Assembly: GCA_035533535.1 (NCBI GenBank)
Contig: DATLTP010000199.1
Location: forward strand, 1-62,345
Source: Bacillota bacterium
GTDB taxonomy: Bacteria; Bacillota; Sulfobacillia; RBS10-35; JAJYVM01
Length of the DNA: 62,345 nucleotides
Reading direction: 5' to 3'
Shown piece by piece: positions 29,014 through 38,973 of the stretch. A program made the position numbers and the translations under genes. The notes beneath the pieces were generated by a model. The model did not search any database. It had not been told where the DNA came from and saw only the letters and a list, made by a program, of their open reading frames with translations. Numbering within the stretch: the stretch's first letter is position 1; the number at the start of each line of letters is the position of its first letter.

Positions 29014-29683
29014 GTTTGTGCCTCCCTGCTTGGCCGATATGATTCGCTCAGGACTTCACACGTGTTGCCCCCAACCTGCCCTGCAGTGGTGGCCTGGCGG
29101 TGCTTGTTGCGCAGGTGATTTTGAACCGTTTGCACAACGCGCAGGTCTTCCGGGCTCAGGGGCCAACGCCCGGCACTGCTTCTGGAGACCAAGAGGCCCT
29201 TGCCTCCCTTCACGGGGACAGGCTATGCGGACAGGCCTGGCAGGGTACCAAGCATCCCGGGTCGTTTGCCAGGTAAAAGGTCCCGAGACATGTGCAGGCC
29301 CAGGGCATAGGCGGCCCTGGGCCGCGAAGGGTTGTGCTCGTGGGCCTGGGGTTGACCAGCGGCCGGCTGCTGGACCCAGATGCGCGGCGGCGGCGTGGCG
29401 CCGATGACGGAAGAGCATCGCGCCCTGCTCCGGGGTCAGCTCGGGGCACTGCGAGGCCTCGCCGGCGGGACCGCGGCAGGTACCCCGCGCCGGCGCCCAA
29501 CCGGCTCCAGGCGCCGCCACCAGCACTGCAGCCCAACGACTGGCAGGGGGCGCCTACTGGTCTTGATCAACGAGTGCCGGGAACAGCTCAACTTGCAGAG
29601 CGCAGACGCGCCTCCCGCAGGTCGGCGCGGCGCCCCGCCATTGTCGGCCAGGACCTGGCCGCCCAAGGCGCGAAGGCCTCGGC

Positions 29684-30154
29684 ATGCTGGACTTCTTCCG
29701 CTACAACTGGCAGGTCCGCGACGAGTGGTTTGCGTGGTGCCGGGCCCTTTCCGAGGAAGAGCTGCTGCGGCCCCGGACCGGTGGGCTGGGCGGCATTCTC
29801 CACACGCTCTTCCACGTCGTCGACGTCGAGCGCATGTGGATCGCGGATCTCACCCGGGTGCCCGTGACCCCGAACCGGTTTGAGGAATTCGAGCGCCTGG
29901 AGCGCGTCATGGACCTGTCCCGCCTTGCCCGGCCGTCCGCAGAGGCGCTTGTGCGCCGCTGGCGGCCGGAGCTGGATGGGCAAGTGGTCACGGGTACCTA
30001 CGAGGATGGCCGGCCCTACAGCGTGCGGCTCGGGGAGGGCCTCCGCCATGTCATCGCCCATGAAATTCACCACGTGGGCCAGCTCTCCGTCTGGTCGCGC
30101 GAGTTGGGGCGGGTACCCGTATCGGCCAGCCTGGTTGGCCGAAAGCTCACCTAG
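29684..30154 (+). CDS. DinB family protein
   Basis: ...ILHTLFHVVDVERMW...LRHVIAHEIHHVGQLSVW. This is the DinB/YfiT histidine triad pattern. Confidence 0.8.
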   Translation: MLDFFRYNWQVRDEWFAWCRALSEEELLRPRTGGLGGILHTLFHVVDVERMWIADLTRVPVTPNRFEEFERLERVMDLSRLARPSAEALVRRWRPELDGQVVTGTYEDGRPYSVRLGEGLRHVIAHEIHHVGQLSVWSRELGRVPVSASLVGRKLT

Positions 30155-30626
30155 GACCGCAGAGCTGCTCGGGCGAGTCGGATGCGATGGGCTCCAGGCG
30201 CAGGATGTGGCGGGCCATGGCCAGCCCCAGGGCCTCGCTGCAGCGCAGAGCGGCCGCGCGGCCGGCCGGCTCCCCGGCCATCAGCATGTCGCGCAGCATG
30301 GCCGCGGCTGGCGGGTAGGTGGCAGCCGACCGCAGGAGCGCCAAGGCCGCCTCGCGCTGCGGCGGATCCTCCCAGAGCCGGAGCAGGGGCCCGTCGCCGG
30401 CCGGCACGGGGACCTCAACGGCGGCCGCGAAGAGGGCAGCCTTGCCCCCGAAGAAGTGCGCCAGCAGCGCCGCATCCACGCCGGCGTCGTGCGCGATCTC
30501 GCGAATCGTGGCCCCGTGGAAGCCTTCGCCGGCAAAGCGCCGGCGCGCTGCGGCCAAAATGGCTGCCTTCGTTTCCGTTGCGCCAGACCGGCGCCCCCTT
30601 CGCCCATTCACGACGCCATTCCACAT
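30147..30626 (-). CDS. TetR family transcriptional regulator
   Basis: MWNGVVNGRRGRRSGATETKAAILAAARRRFAGEGFHGATIREIAHDAGVDAALLAHFFGGK. An alternative GTG start at 30665 would overlap the upstream gene. Confidence 0.85.
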   Translation of the reverse strand: MWNGVVNGRRGRRSGATETKAAILAAARRRFAGEGFHGATIREIAHDAGVDAALLAHFFGGKAALFAAAVEVPVPAGDGPLLRLWEDPPQREAALALLRSAATYPPAAAMLRDMLMAGEPAGRAAALRCSEALGLAMARHILRLEPIASDSPEQLCGPR

Positions 30627-30649
30627 GTGTGGAATTTCTGCTGGCAAGC

Positions 30650-31693
30650 CTACCCCTGCCGCCACACGGGCCGGGGCACGCCCAGGCCATCGGCCAGGGT
30701 GTCCAGCTGGCCCGCCAGTTCGTCCGAGACCGGGATCCCGTCGCGCTGCCGCTGCGCCAGCACCCCGCGCTCGATGTCGCCCGGCAGGTACACCGCATCG
30801 GTGCCCTCGGCCCTGGGCACCCCGTAGATCTCCTCCGCCAGCCGGCCGACGCCGGCGGCGAACGCGGACACATCCCCAAAGAAGGACGGGTCGATGGCCA
30901 GGGCCAGGTGGCCGACCCCGCCCTCCCGCCGGGCATGGGCGCGTGCCGACAGCCCGAAGGGCGACCCGGTCATCACCCCGGCCAGGATCTCCGCGATCAC
31001 CGACAGGCCATAGCCCTTGTAGTCGCCCACGGGCGCAAGCAGCCCCGCGCGCAATGCCTCGGCCGCGTCCGCCGTCGGCCGGCCACCGCCGTCGTACGCC
31101 CAGCCCTCCGGGATCGGGCGCCCCTCCGCGGCCGCCAGCCGGATCCGCCCCAGGGCGACGCGCGACAGGGCCATGTCCAAGACGATGGGCGGGTCCCCGG
31201 GCACGGCGATGGCGTACGGGTTATTTCCCACGCGCGCCTTCACCCCGCCCGGCGGGGCGATGAGCGGCTCCGTCGTGGTATAGAGCATCCCGACCAGACC
31301 GGCCGCCGCCGCCGGCAGGACGTAGGTGGCCGCCATCCCAAAGTGGTGGCTGTTCCGAACCCCGGCGGCGCCGAGGCCGAACTGGCGAGCCGCCTCCATG
31401 GCTGCGGCCATCGCCATGCGCGTGGGCCGGAACCCGTAGCCGCCGTCGGCATCGACGAGCGCCACGGCACCCCGGCGCTGCAGGAGGCGGACCTGCGGCC
31501 GCGCGTTGATCTCGCCTTCCGCCAGGGCGCGGGCGTATTGCATGAGCCGCAGGACGCCGTGGCTATCCACGCCCCGCAGGTTGGCGAATACCAGGCAGCT
31601 GGCCGCCGCCTCCGCATCCTCCGCCGGCAGGCCGCAGGCATGGAGCACGTCGTGGGCAAATCGGCGCAGGTCGTCGGCATGGCTTCTGGGCAC
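30650..31693 (-). CDS. Ldh_2 family (malate/L-lactate/sulfolactate-type) dehydrogenase
   Basis: ...ANLRGVDSHGVLRL...AAGVRNSHHFGMAATY...NNPYAIAVP...GDYKGYGLSVIAEILAG. Confidence 0.85.
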   Translation of the reverse strand: MPRSHADDLRRFAHDVLHACGLPAEDAEAAASCLVFANLRGVDSHGVLRLMQYARALAEGEINARPQVRLLQRRGAVALVDADGGYGFRPTRMAMAAAMEAARQFGLGAAGVRNSHHFGMAATYVLPAAAAGLVGMLYTTTEPLIAPPGGVKARVGNNPYAIAVPGDPPIVLDMALSRVALGRIRLAAAEGRPIPEGWAYDGGGRPTADAAEALRAGLLAPVGDYKGYGLSVIAEILAGVMTGSPFGLSARAHARREGGVGHLALAIDPSFFGDVSAFAAGVGRLAEEIYGVPRAEGTDAVYLPGDIERGVLAQRQRDGIPVSDELAGQLDTLADGLGVPRPVWRQG

Positions 31694-32106
31694 GCGGGCA
31701 CCCCGCGCCCATCATCGCACAGGGCACGCAACGCACCGCCCCACGGTGCCGCGGGGCTGGGCGCCGCCCGGTCTGTCCCCCGCCAGACCCCGGCATCCCA
31801 CCCGCAGGACCGGGCCGCGCCCGGCCGCACGGCCGGGCGCCAAGTTCGCCAAGGCCCGCCGTGGCGGCTGTTCCGCCACTCGCCTTGCGCCCTGACGCAC
31901 TTCTTCAAATCCGGTGCTCCGTGTTTTCGCGTCCCCTCACGATAAAGTCCTTGACGGCGCGCAGGTGGCCGGGCCGAACCGGCCGCCCCGCCTGGGAGCT
32001 ACTGCCGGGAGCGGTCCCGTGGCAGGAATCCACCCGGGCGCCGCCAATTGGGTGCGGCGAACGCGGCCGTGGTGCCGAACCCGCGAGGGGAAAGGGGGTT
32101 GAGCGT

Positions 32107-32382
32107 ATGAACAAGGCCGATCTGACCCGGATGGTGGCGAGTAAGAGCGGGCTGACCCGCAAGGACGCCGGCGAGGCGATCGACGCGACGTTCTCGGCGA
32201 TCCGCTCCGCTCTGATGAAGGGGCAGAAGGTGACGCTGGTCGGCTTCGGCGGCTTTGAGGTCCGTCAGCGCAAGGCGCGCGCGGGCCGCAATCCGCAGAC
32301 CGGCAAGCCTCTCCGCATCAAGGCCCGCAAGGTGCCCGTGTTCCGCGCCGGCAAGCCGCTGAAGGAAGCCATCAACCACTAG
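32107..32382 (+). CDS. hup: HU-type DNA-binding protein
   Basis: MNKADLTRMVASKSGLTRKDAGEAIDATFSAIRSALMKGQKVTLVGFGGFEVRQRKARAGRNPQTGKPLRIKARKVPVFRAGKPLKEAIN. Confidence 0.95.
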   Translation: MNKADLTRMVASKSGLTRKDAGEAIDATFSAIRSALMKGQKVTLVGFGGFEVRQRKARAGRNPQTGKPLRIKARKVPVFRAGKPLKEAINH

Positions 32383-32419
32383 GCCATGAAGGGCCCGGCG
32401 GTCAAGCTTGCGGACGGAC

Positions 32420-32446
32420 CTGGGGCCTCCCGTGTGGGGGCCCCAG
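32420..32446. terminator. Hairpin between the convergent hup and gmk genes
   Basis: CTGGGGCC ... GGCCCCAG stem; the downstream T-tract is weak. Confidence 0.4.
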
Positions 32447-32460
32447 ACCCTTTCCCGCCA

Positions 32461-33027
32461 CTATTCGAGGTAGGGTTCCACAATCCGCGTCAGCTGGTCC
32501 AGCGCCGCCTCCAGGTCGTTGTTGATCAGGATGAAGTCGCAGCGGGCCGCCTGGGCGATCTCCATCTCCGCCCGCTGCAGCCGCCGCTCCAGGTCCTGCC
32601 CGTCCGTATCCCCGCGCAGCAGCAGCCGCTCCCGCAGCACCGCCAGTGAGGACGGCCGCACAAATATGGTCGTGGCGCGCTCGCCGAGCGCGCCTTTGAC
32701 GGCCAATCCGCCGAGGATGTCGAGCGAGGTGATGCCCACGCGCCCCTCGGACAGGGCGGCCTCGAGCCGACTCTTCGAGCTGCCGTACCGGTGGCCATGG
32801 ATGGGCTGCCATTCAAAAAAGTCGCCAGCAGCCAGCGCGCGGTCAAAATCCGCGTCATCCGAGAAGTGGTATTCCACTCCGTCCCGCTCCCCGGGCCGCG
32901 GCGGGCGCGTGGTGGTTGTCGGCAGAAAGCGCACCTGGGGCTGGCGCCGCCGCAGCGCATGGATCAATGTCGTCTTGCCGCTGCCGCTTGGGCCGATCAG
33001 GAGGAACACGTGCCCAGGGGAGCCCAC
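32461..33027 (-). CDS. gmk: Guanylate kinase
   Basis: ...FLLIGPSGSGKTTLIHAL...FLPTTTTRPPRPGERDGVEYHF...GHRYGSS. Confidence 0.88.
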   Translation of the reverse strand: MGSPGHVFLLIGPSGSGKTTLIHALRRRQPQVRFLPTTTTRPPRPGERDGVEYHFSDDADFDRALAAGDFFEWQPIHGHRYGSSKSRLEAALSEGRVGITSLDILGGLAVKGALGERATTIFVRPSSLAVLRERLLLRGDTDGQDLERRLQRAEMEIAQAARCDFILINNDLEAALDQLTRIVEPYLE

Positions 33028-33140
33028 GATGACCTTCCACCGTCCCTTTGCTGAATCAGGCTCACCGCCAGCATAGCGCGGCGCTGCGGTCTGCCAAGCC
33101 TTTCACGGTCGCCGGCCGGGATGCGCGATATCATGGCGCC

Positions 33141-34121
33141 ATGGCTTCACATGTGTCGTTTGGACGTCGCATGCCCGTCCTCATCATCATCGCGCTGGCG
33201 ATCTTTCTCGCTTTGCGCACTGTGACGGGCGCGTCCGGGGCAGCGCCGCGCCTGGCTCTGGGCACGGACGTCCATGCGGTCGCCCGGGCCCTGGCCCGCG
33301 ACCAGGCCCTCACCGAAGTCTCGGGCGAGCCCTCGATCCAGACGGCGCACTTCATCATTAAATACCCAGCCGGCGACGAGGCCGACGCGGAAATCGTGGC
33401 CAGCCAGGCCGAGAAGGCCTACAGTTTCGTGTTCGGGCAGATGGGCGGCACACCGAGCGACCCGGTGCTCGTGCGGGTCGAGACGCGCAGCCAGCTGGCC
33501 AGCGACCTGAGCATGTCGCCGAGCCAGGACCCGCTCGGCGCCTATTGGCGGGGGGCCGTGTGGCTGCTGACGCCGTCGGCCTATCTGCCGGGCAGCCCAG
33601 CCCAGGAGCAGCCAGCCTTCAACGCCGTGGGGCCGCTGGTCCACGAATTGACGCACCTGGCCGATGACGACCTCACCGGCGGCCGCACGCCGCCGTTCCT
33701 GGACGAGGGCATGGCCCAGTACATGCAGTGGCGCTTCAGCGGCTACCTCTGGCTGGAGTCGGACAACTCGTTCTGCCAGCCGCTGTATTCCTGGAGTGAC
33801 CTGGCCAACAACTTCGATAACCTGCAGAACCAGGCGCTGGCGTACCACGAGTCCTTCGCGGTGGTGCAGGCGGTGGCGGCCACCGGCAAAGGCGCGACCC
33901 TGCAAATGCTGCATGCGCTGAGCGATGGCGCGACCGCGCAGGCGGCGGTGGCGGCCGCCGTCGGACCGGGGGCGGCCGCAAGGCTTGACGGTGGCTCGGC
34001 CTGGTCCTGCCGCGCGGCCGGCAGGCCGACCCCCGGATCCGGCCCAGCCGCCACGAACGCCCTGAACAGCAGCCCGATGGCTGCACGGGCTTCTCCCGTG
34101 CAGCACGGGTTCACGTCGTAG
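33141..34121 (+). CDS. Membrane-anchored putative zinc metallopeptidase (HExxH, peptidase MA-like)
   Basis: N-terminal TM segment MPVLIIIALAIFLAL and motif GPLVHELTHLADDD...LDEGMAQYMQ. The last ~60 aa are low-complexity, so the C-terminus is uncertain. Confidence 0.6.
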   Translation: MASHVSFGRRMPVLIIIALAIFLALRTVTGASGAAPRLALGTDVHAVARALARDQALTEVSGEPSIQTAHFIIKYPAGDEADAEIVASQAEKAYSFVFGQMGGTPSDPVLVRVETRSQLASDLSMSPSQDPLGAYWRGAVWLLTPSAYLPGSPAQEQPAFNAVGPLVHELTHLADDDLTGGRTPPFLDEGMAQYMQWRFSGYLWLESDNSFCQPLYSWSDLANNFDNLQNQALAYHESFAVVQAVAATGKGATLQMLHALSDGATAQAAVAAAVGPGAAARLDGGSAWSCRAAGRPTPGSGPAATNALNSSPMAARASPVQHGFTS

Positions 34122-34172
34122 GAATCGGCGGACCGCGAAGCGAACGACTAGGCCACAAAGGGGCGGGGAAGC

Positions 34173-34883
34173 GTGACGGACCGCATCCTCGTCGTCGACG
34201 ACGAGAAAGCGATCGCCGACATCCTCTCCTGGAACTTGGAGCGGGCCGGCTACCGGGTCGACGTGGCCCATTCGGGTGCACAGGCCCTGCGCCAGGTGGA
34301 GACCGGGCGGCCGGTCCTGATCGTGCTGGACATCATGCTGCCTGAGGGCGACGGCTTTCGCGTCTGCCGCGAAGTGCGCCGGCGCTCCACTGTGCCAATC
34401 CTGATGCTGACGGCCAAGAACGGCGAGGAGGACAAGGTCCGCGGCCTCGAGCTCGGGGCCGACGACTACATGACCAAGCCATTCAGCCCGCGCGAGCTGG
34501 TCGCGCGCATCAAGGCCATTCTGCGTCGGGCGGGGCCGGACGAATCGGTCGGGGGCAAGGCGCTCTATGCCTGCGGCGACCTGGAGCTGGATCCGACCGC
34601 CCATGCCGTGCGTCGGTCCGGCACGGTGGTCGAGCTGACCGTCCGCGAGTTCGGGCTGCTCCAGTACCTCCTGGAGCGGGTTGACCAGGTGGTCACGCGC
34701 GAGCAGCTGCTGGCGGACGTCTGGGGCTACGACTACTTCGGGGACATGCGCACGGTCGACGTCACCGTCCGCCGGCTGCGCGAGAAGGTCGAGGACGACG
34801 CCAGCGCCCCGCGCTACATCCTCACGCGGCGGGGCCTGGGCTACATGGTGCCGAAGGAGCCTGCATCACGGGCGACCGACTGA
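34173..34883 (+). CDS. walR: OmpR-family response regulator, WalR/YycF-like by operon context
   Basis: ILVVDDEKAIADIL...LIVLDIMLPEGDGF...MLTAKNGEEDKVRGLELGADDYMTKPFSPRELVARIKAILRR, followed by a winged-helix domain. Confidence 0.88.
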   Translation: MTDRILVVDDEKAIADILSWNLERAGYRVDVAHSGAQALRQVETGRPVLIVLDIMLPEGDGFRVCREVRRRSTVPILMLTAKNGEEDKVRGLELGADDYMTKPFSPRELVARIKAILRRAGPDESVGGKALYACGDLELDPTAHAVRRSGTVVELTVREFGLLQYLLERVDQVVTREQLLADVWGYDYFGDMRTVDVTVRRLREKVEDDASAPRYILTRRGLGYMVPKEPASRATD

Positions 34884-36709
34884 TGGTCAGCGCGGACACC
34901 GCGGAGATCTCGCCGGCGGCCGGCCGCCTGAGATCTCTCCTGCGTCCCTTCGCCGGCATCGAGGGCCGCATGGTCGTCCTCCTGCTGCTGGTCATCCTCA
35001 TGGCCATGCTGCTGATCAGCACCCTGCTGCTGCAGCAGCTGCAGACTTACTACCTGGGGGACTTCACCAGCCAGCTGACCGGGTATGCGGACGGCGTGGC
35101 GCGTGGGGTCGCCGGCGACCTGCTGTCAGGCGCCGACTCGGGCGTGCGGGGCCTGGTCGAGAGCTATGTGGGCGCCGACCCGCAGCAGAGCGTCATCGTC
35201 GTCGACCGCACCGGCCGAGTGGTCGGCACCAGCGCTGGCGGCCCGCCGGCTCTGAACGCGAACCTGGCGTCGGATCCCCACGTCGCGGCCTGCCTGAACG
35301 GGAGCCAAACGGTGGCGCAGTGGACAGACCCCCTGACGCATGAGCGGTTCGTGGGTGTTGCCGTGCCTGTGGTCTCGGGCGGCACCCTGGTGGGCTGCGC
35401 TTGGGCCCGCGGCACGCTCGACCGAATCGCCCAGACACTCAGCTCGATCCGCGCCATCCTCCTGCGCACGACGGCGGCCGCCCTGGCCGTCGTGGCCGTG
35501 GTCACCCTGCTGCTGGCACGGACCATCACGGGGCCGCTGGCTGAGTTGACGGCTCGCGCGGCCGACCTGGCGGCGGGCCGCTTCGACCGCCGCATTCAGG
35601 TGCGGGGCGACGACGAGATCGGGGCCCTGGCCTCCATGTTCAACCACATGTCCCAGCGCCTGCACGAGACCCTGGGCCAGATATCGGCCGAGAAGCGAAA
35701 AGCTGACGCCATCCTGGCGCATATGGCCGACGGCATCGTGGCCGCCGGCCCGGACGGCACGGTGGGCCTGGTCAACCCGGCGGCCGCGCGCCTGCTGGCC
35801 GTCGGCCCGGATCTGGTGGGCCGGCCGCTGCCCGAGGTGGTGCCGCCACCGGTGGCAGAATCCGTCCTCGCGGGCGGCGACGGGCGGGCCGTCCGCGTCG
35901 ATATACCGGAGAGCGGGCGCGTGCTGATCGCCCGCATCGCCCAGCTCCGGGCGGAAGAGGGTGCGCCGGACGGGTGGGTGGTGGTCTTCGCCGACGCCAC
36001 CGAGCAGGAGCGGCTCAACGCGCAGCGCCGCGAGTTCGTGGCCAACGTCTCGCACGAGCTGCGCACGCCGCTGACGGCCATCAAGTCGTATGCGGAGAGC
36101 CTGCTCGACGGCGCCCTCGCCGACCCGGAGACTGGCCCGCGCTTTTTGGACGTGATCCTGGCCGAGACAGACCGCATGGTGCGCCTGATCACCGACCTGC
36201 TGCAGCTGACGGAGCTTGAGCCCCGCCAGACGCCGTGGCGGCCGCGAGCGTTCCGGCTCGAGGATGTCGGTACCGAGGCCGTGCGCCGTGTGGCGGGGCG
36301 CGTGCGGAGCAAGGGCCTGGACGTCGCCTGTGCGGCAGCCCCCGGTACGCCCGCCGCCTGGGGCGACCCGGACCGGGTGCTCCAGATCCTCAGCAACCTG
36401 TTGGAGAACGCCGTGGATTTCACCCCGGCCGGGGGGCGGATCACCGTCGCCATGCGGCCGGACCCCGACGGCGTGGCCTGCGCCGTGCGCGACACCGGCG
36501 TCGGGATCCCGGCCGCCGACCTCCCGCATGTCTTCGAGCGCCTGTACCGCGTGGAGGCCTCGCGCGCCCGCGAGCACGGCGGGACGGGCCTTGGGCTGTC
36601 GATCGCCAAGGAGATTGTCGAGGCCCACGGCGGCGAGATCCGCGTGGAGAGCCGCGTCGGGGAGGGCACCGCGGTCACCTTCACCCTGCCGGCGGCCGCG
36701 ACGTCATGA
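34883..36709 (+). CDS. walK: Sensor histidine kinase, WalK/YycG-like (TM, HAMP, PAS, HisKA, HATPase)
   Basis: ...REFVANVSHELRTPLTAIKSY...; ...DTGVGIPAADLPHVFERLYRVE...GGTGLGLSIAKEIVEAHGG. Its start overlaps the walR stop. Confidence 0.88.
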   Translation: MVSADTAEISPAAGRLRSLLRPFAGIEGRMVVLLLLVILMAMLLISTLLLQQLQTYYLGDFTSQLTGYADGVARGVAGDLLSGADSGVRGLVESYVGADPQQSVIVVDRTGRVVGTSAGGPPALNANLASDPHVAACLNGSQTVAQWTDPLTHERFVGVAVPVVSGGTLVGCAWARGTLDRIAQTLSSIRAILLRTTAAALAVVAVVTLLLARTITGPLAELTARAADLAAGRFDRRIQVRGDDEIGALASMFNHMSQRLHETLGQISAEKRKADAILAHMADGIVAAGPDGTVGLVNPAAARLLAVGPDLVGRPLPEVVPPPVAESVLAGGDGRAVRVDIPESGRVLIARIAQLRAEEGAPDGWVVVFADATEQERLNAQRREFVANVSHELRTPLTAIKSYAESLLDGALADPETGPRFLDVILAETDRMVRLITDLLQLTELEPRQTPWRPRAFRLEDVGTEAVRRVAGRVRSKGLDVACAAAPGTPAAWGDPDRVLQILSNLLENAVDFTPAGGRITVAMRPDPDGVACAVRDTGVGIPAADLPHVFERLYRVEASRAREHGGTGLGLSIAKEIVEAHGGEIRVESRVGEGTAVTFTLPAAATS

Positions 36710-38115
36710 GGGGGCCCGCCACCACCGCCGCCACATTTGCCCTTGTGCTGCTCGTTGGTGGCAGCCTTGTGCTGGCCGCGCGCCTGTGGGCGCCGGCCCC
36801 GAACGTGCAGGTCCCCCTCATCGGGGATGCACGCTATGCGGTGCCCGGAACGGTGGCGGGGCTGTCCGCGGGCGACCTGGCCCAGCCCTGGCGGATCCTG
36901 GTTCACTTCGGCGCCGACCGCACCGCGGCCCTGGCCGACCCCGGGGACGCCCGCTACAGCACGGTGTGGGCGGACGTGCGGGCCGTGCTCCCGGACCTCA
37001 CGCCCCCGGCGGGGGCCGCCACCGCACAGGGCGCCGGCGCGTGCGCTGCCCTGGCCGCCAAGGCGCCAGGCAGCGTCGAGGTTGACCTGGGCCAGCGCCT
37101 GGCCTGGTCATCCTGGACCACCATCTGGGGTCTCGGCGCCACCGTGAGCGCGGCGGGGTCAAGCCAGCCGGCTGACCGCCTGCTGATCGCGCCGGACTCC
37201 ACGGGCGCGGAGGCATGTCGATACGCCGGCGCCGCCGCGCAGGCGTATCACGCCGCCGACGTGCCGGCCCTGCGCCACCTGGCGAGCGACCTGGCGGCCC
37301 TCCGCAACCAGCCCCTGGACTACGACCTGACGCCGCTGCCGCCGGTGTCCGGGTTGAGCGTGCGCCCCGGGATCGACGTGCCAGATCCGGGCTTCGCCCG
37401 CGGCGCCGTTGCGGTGCGGCTCGAAAACATTGCGCCCACCTACATGCTGGCGGCCCTCTTCCCGCCTGCGGCCAGCGTGCGGCGGAGCGCCGGGGTGGAC
37501 GGCCTGCAAAACTACAGCGACGGCTTGGCGGAGCTGCACCTGGGCGGCGACGGCACGCTGCAGTATGCGGTGGGCGTGCCGCCGTCGGCCGACACCGAGG
37601 GTCCGGGCCAGGCCCTGATGAGTGCCGCGGCCTTCGTCGACCAGGCCGGGGGCTGGCCGCCAACCGGCCTGCTCTTCGATCTGAGCGCCGTGCCGGAGCC
37701 CGGTTCCTTCCGCTTGCGGGGCGGGGAAGGCGGAAGCGTCGGGTACAGCCTCACGTTCACGGAGCGCTGGCGCGGCCTGCCGCTGCTTGGGGACCCGGCC
37801 TCCATCGCCGTCGACGTCGGCGCGCGGGGCGTGCTCGGCTACACCCGCCACGTCGACGTGCTGGCCCAGGAGGGGGCGCCGGAGTACTTTCTGCCCGCGG
37901 CCCAGGCGCTTGCCAGGCTGGCGGCGTCCTGGCCGCTTGCCGCATCATCCGCCGACCGGGTGGTTTCCGATATCTTCCCCGCCTACGCCAAGAGCGGCGA
38001 GGGTCTGCGCTGGCAGCCCGTGTGGGGCGTGGAGCTCGATGACGGCAGCATCGTCGCCCTCTCGGCCCAGGACGGCTCGACCCTGGACGTCCTGCGCCCA
38101 CAGGGGGCGGGCTAG
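36706..38115 (+). CDS. yycH: YycH/WalH-like regulator of WalK
   Basis: ATGA overlap with walK. Single N-terminal TM segment (FALVLLVGGSLVLAARLW) and a large extracytoplasmic domain. The position is diagnostic. Confidence 0.7.
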   Translation: MRGPATTAATFALVLLVGGSLVLAARLWAPAPNVQVPLIGDARYAVPGTVAGLSAGDLAQPWRILVHFGADRTAALADPGDARYSTVWADVRAVLPDLTPPAGAATAQGAGACAALAAKAPGSVEVDLGQRLAWSSWTTIWGLGATVSAAGSSQPADRLLIAPDSTGAEACRYAGAAAQAYHAADVPALRHLASDLAALRNQPLDYDLTPLPPVSGLSVRPGIDVPDPGFARGAVAVRLENIAPTYMLAALFPPAASVRRSAGVDGLQNYSDGLAELHLGGDGTLQYAVGVPPSADTEGPGQALMSAAAFVDQAGGWPPTGLLFDLSAVPEPGSFRLRGGEGGSVGYSLTFTERWRGLPLLGDPASIAVDVGARGVLGYTRHVDVLAQEGAPEYFLPAAQALARLAASWPLAASSADRVVSDIFPAYAKSGEGLRWQPVWGVELDDGSIVALSAQDGSTLDVLRPQGAG

Positions 38116-38118
38116 CGC

Positions 38119-38973
38119 TTGCGCTGGGAGCGGGCCCAGGCGATCATGATCGCCGTCTTCATCCTGCTGGATGCCTTCCTGGGGTGGCGGCTGTTCGCCG
38201 GCCAGGCCACAGCCGTGGCACCGCTGCCCGCCTCCGGGCTGGTCACGGTCGGCAACGTCAACGTGGCCGGCAGTTCCGTGCGCTTTGAGGGCGTGCTGCC
38301 GCCCGCGCCGTCGCGCCTGCCGACGCTGACTGTGCAACTGGAGCACCCGGATGCCGCGCGCATCGCCGCCAGCTTGCTCGGCCCTGGCGCGCAGGCGCAG
38401 AATCAGGGCGCCATCGCCACGTACACGGGCGCGAGCGGCTGGCTGCAGGCGGCAAACGGCGCCCTGCTGTTCCATCGGAGTGGCGGCGGCGGCTCCCGCC
38501 CGCTGCCAACCACGGCGCAGGCGCGGGCGGCGGCCGACCAGTTCCTGGCCCGGATGGCGCTGGTGCCGGCGGACCTGGTGTTCGACCGCGTCACCCTCGT
38601 GACGGGGACGCTGGCCGTGGAGTACTACCAGCGCTACCAGGGGCAGCCGGTCTTCAACGGCCGCTGCGAGGTGAAGGTGGATGGGCAGGGCGTGCAGTCG
38701 GCGACGTGCATCTGGGCGGATGCCCTCGGTCCCGCCGACAGCCCGCGGCCGATCCTGGCGCCGGCGGAGGCCCTGCAGGATCTGGCGGACGCGCGCGGCG
38801 CATCAGCGGGCGACCCGCTCCTGGTCCAGGGCGTGGTGCTCGGCTACGTCGCCGCCACCTATGAGGCAAATGCTGCCTGGCCAACGGTTCCGGCGTGGCG
38901 GGTTGAGCTTTCAGACGGATCTTTATATTACGTCAACGCTTATACGGGAACGTTGGTGCCGGGCCCGGTGTAA
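38119..38973 (+). CDS. yycI: YycI/WalI-like regulator of WalK
   Basis: MRWERAQAIMIAVFILLDAFLGWRLF is the typical YycI N-terminus. C-terminal ...YYVNAYTG. Confidence 0.75.
   Translation: MRWERAQAIMIAVFILLDAFLGWRLFAGQATAVAPLPASGLVTVGNVNVAGSSVRFEGVLPPAPSRLPTLTVQLEHPDAARIAASLLGPGAQAQNQGAIATYTGASGWLQAANGALLFHRSGGGGSRPLPTTAQARAAADQFLARMALVPADLVFDRVTLVTGTLAVEYYQRYQGQPVFNGRCEVKVDGQGVQSATCIWADALGPADSPRPILAPAEALQDLADARGASAGDPLLVQGVVLGYVAATYEANAAWPTVPAWRVELSDGSLYYVNAYTGTLVPGPV

Noticed and set aside
29051-29066. Imperfect palindrome TTCACACGTGTTG upstream of the ferritin-like gene, considered as a parS or Fur/PerR-type operator.
   Set aside because: It does not match the parS consensus outside the CACGTG core and bears no resemblance to AT-rich Fur/PerR boxes. 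The evidence is insufficient.
29090-29165. LuxR- or sigma region-4-like peptide PLSPEDLRVVQTVQNHLRNKHRQ.
   Set aside because: Only the two ends of the HTH are present, with no receiver or sigma region-2 upstream in any frame. It is reported as a possible gene remnant within a finding, not annotated as a feature.
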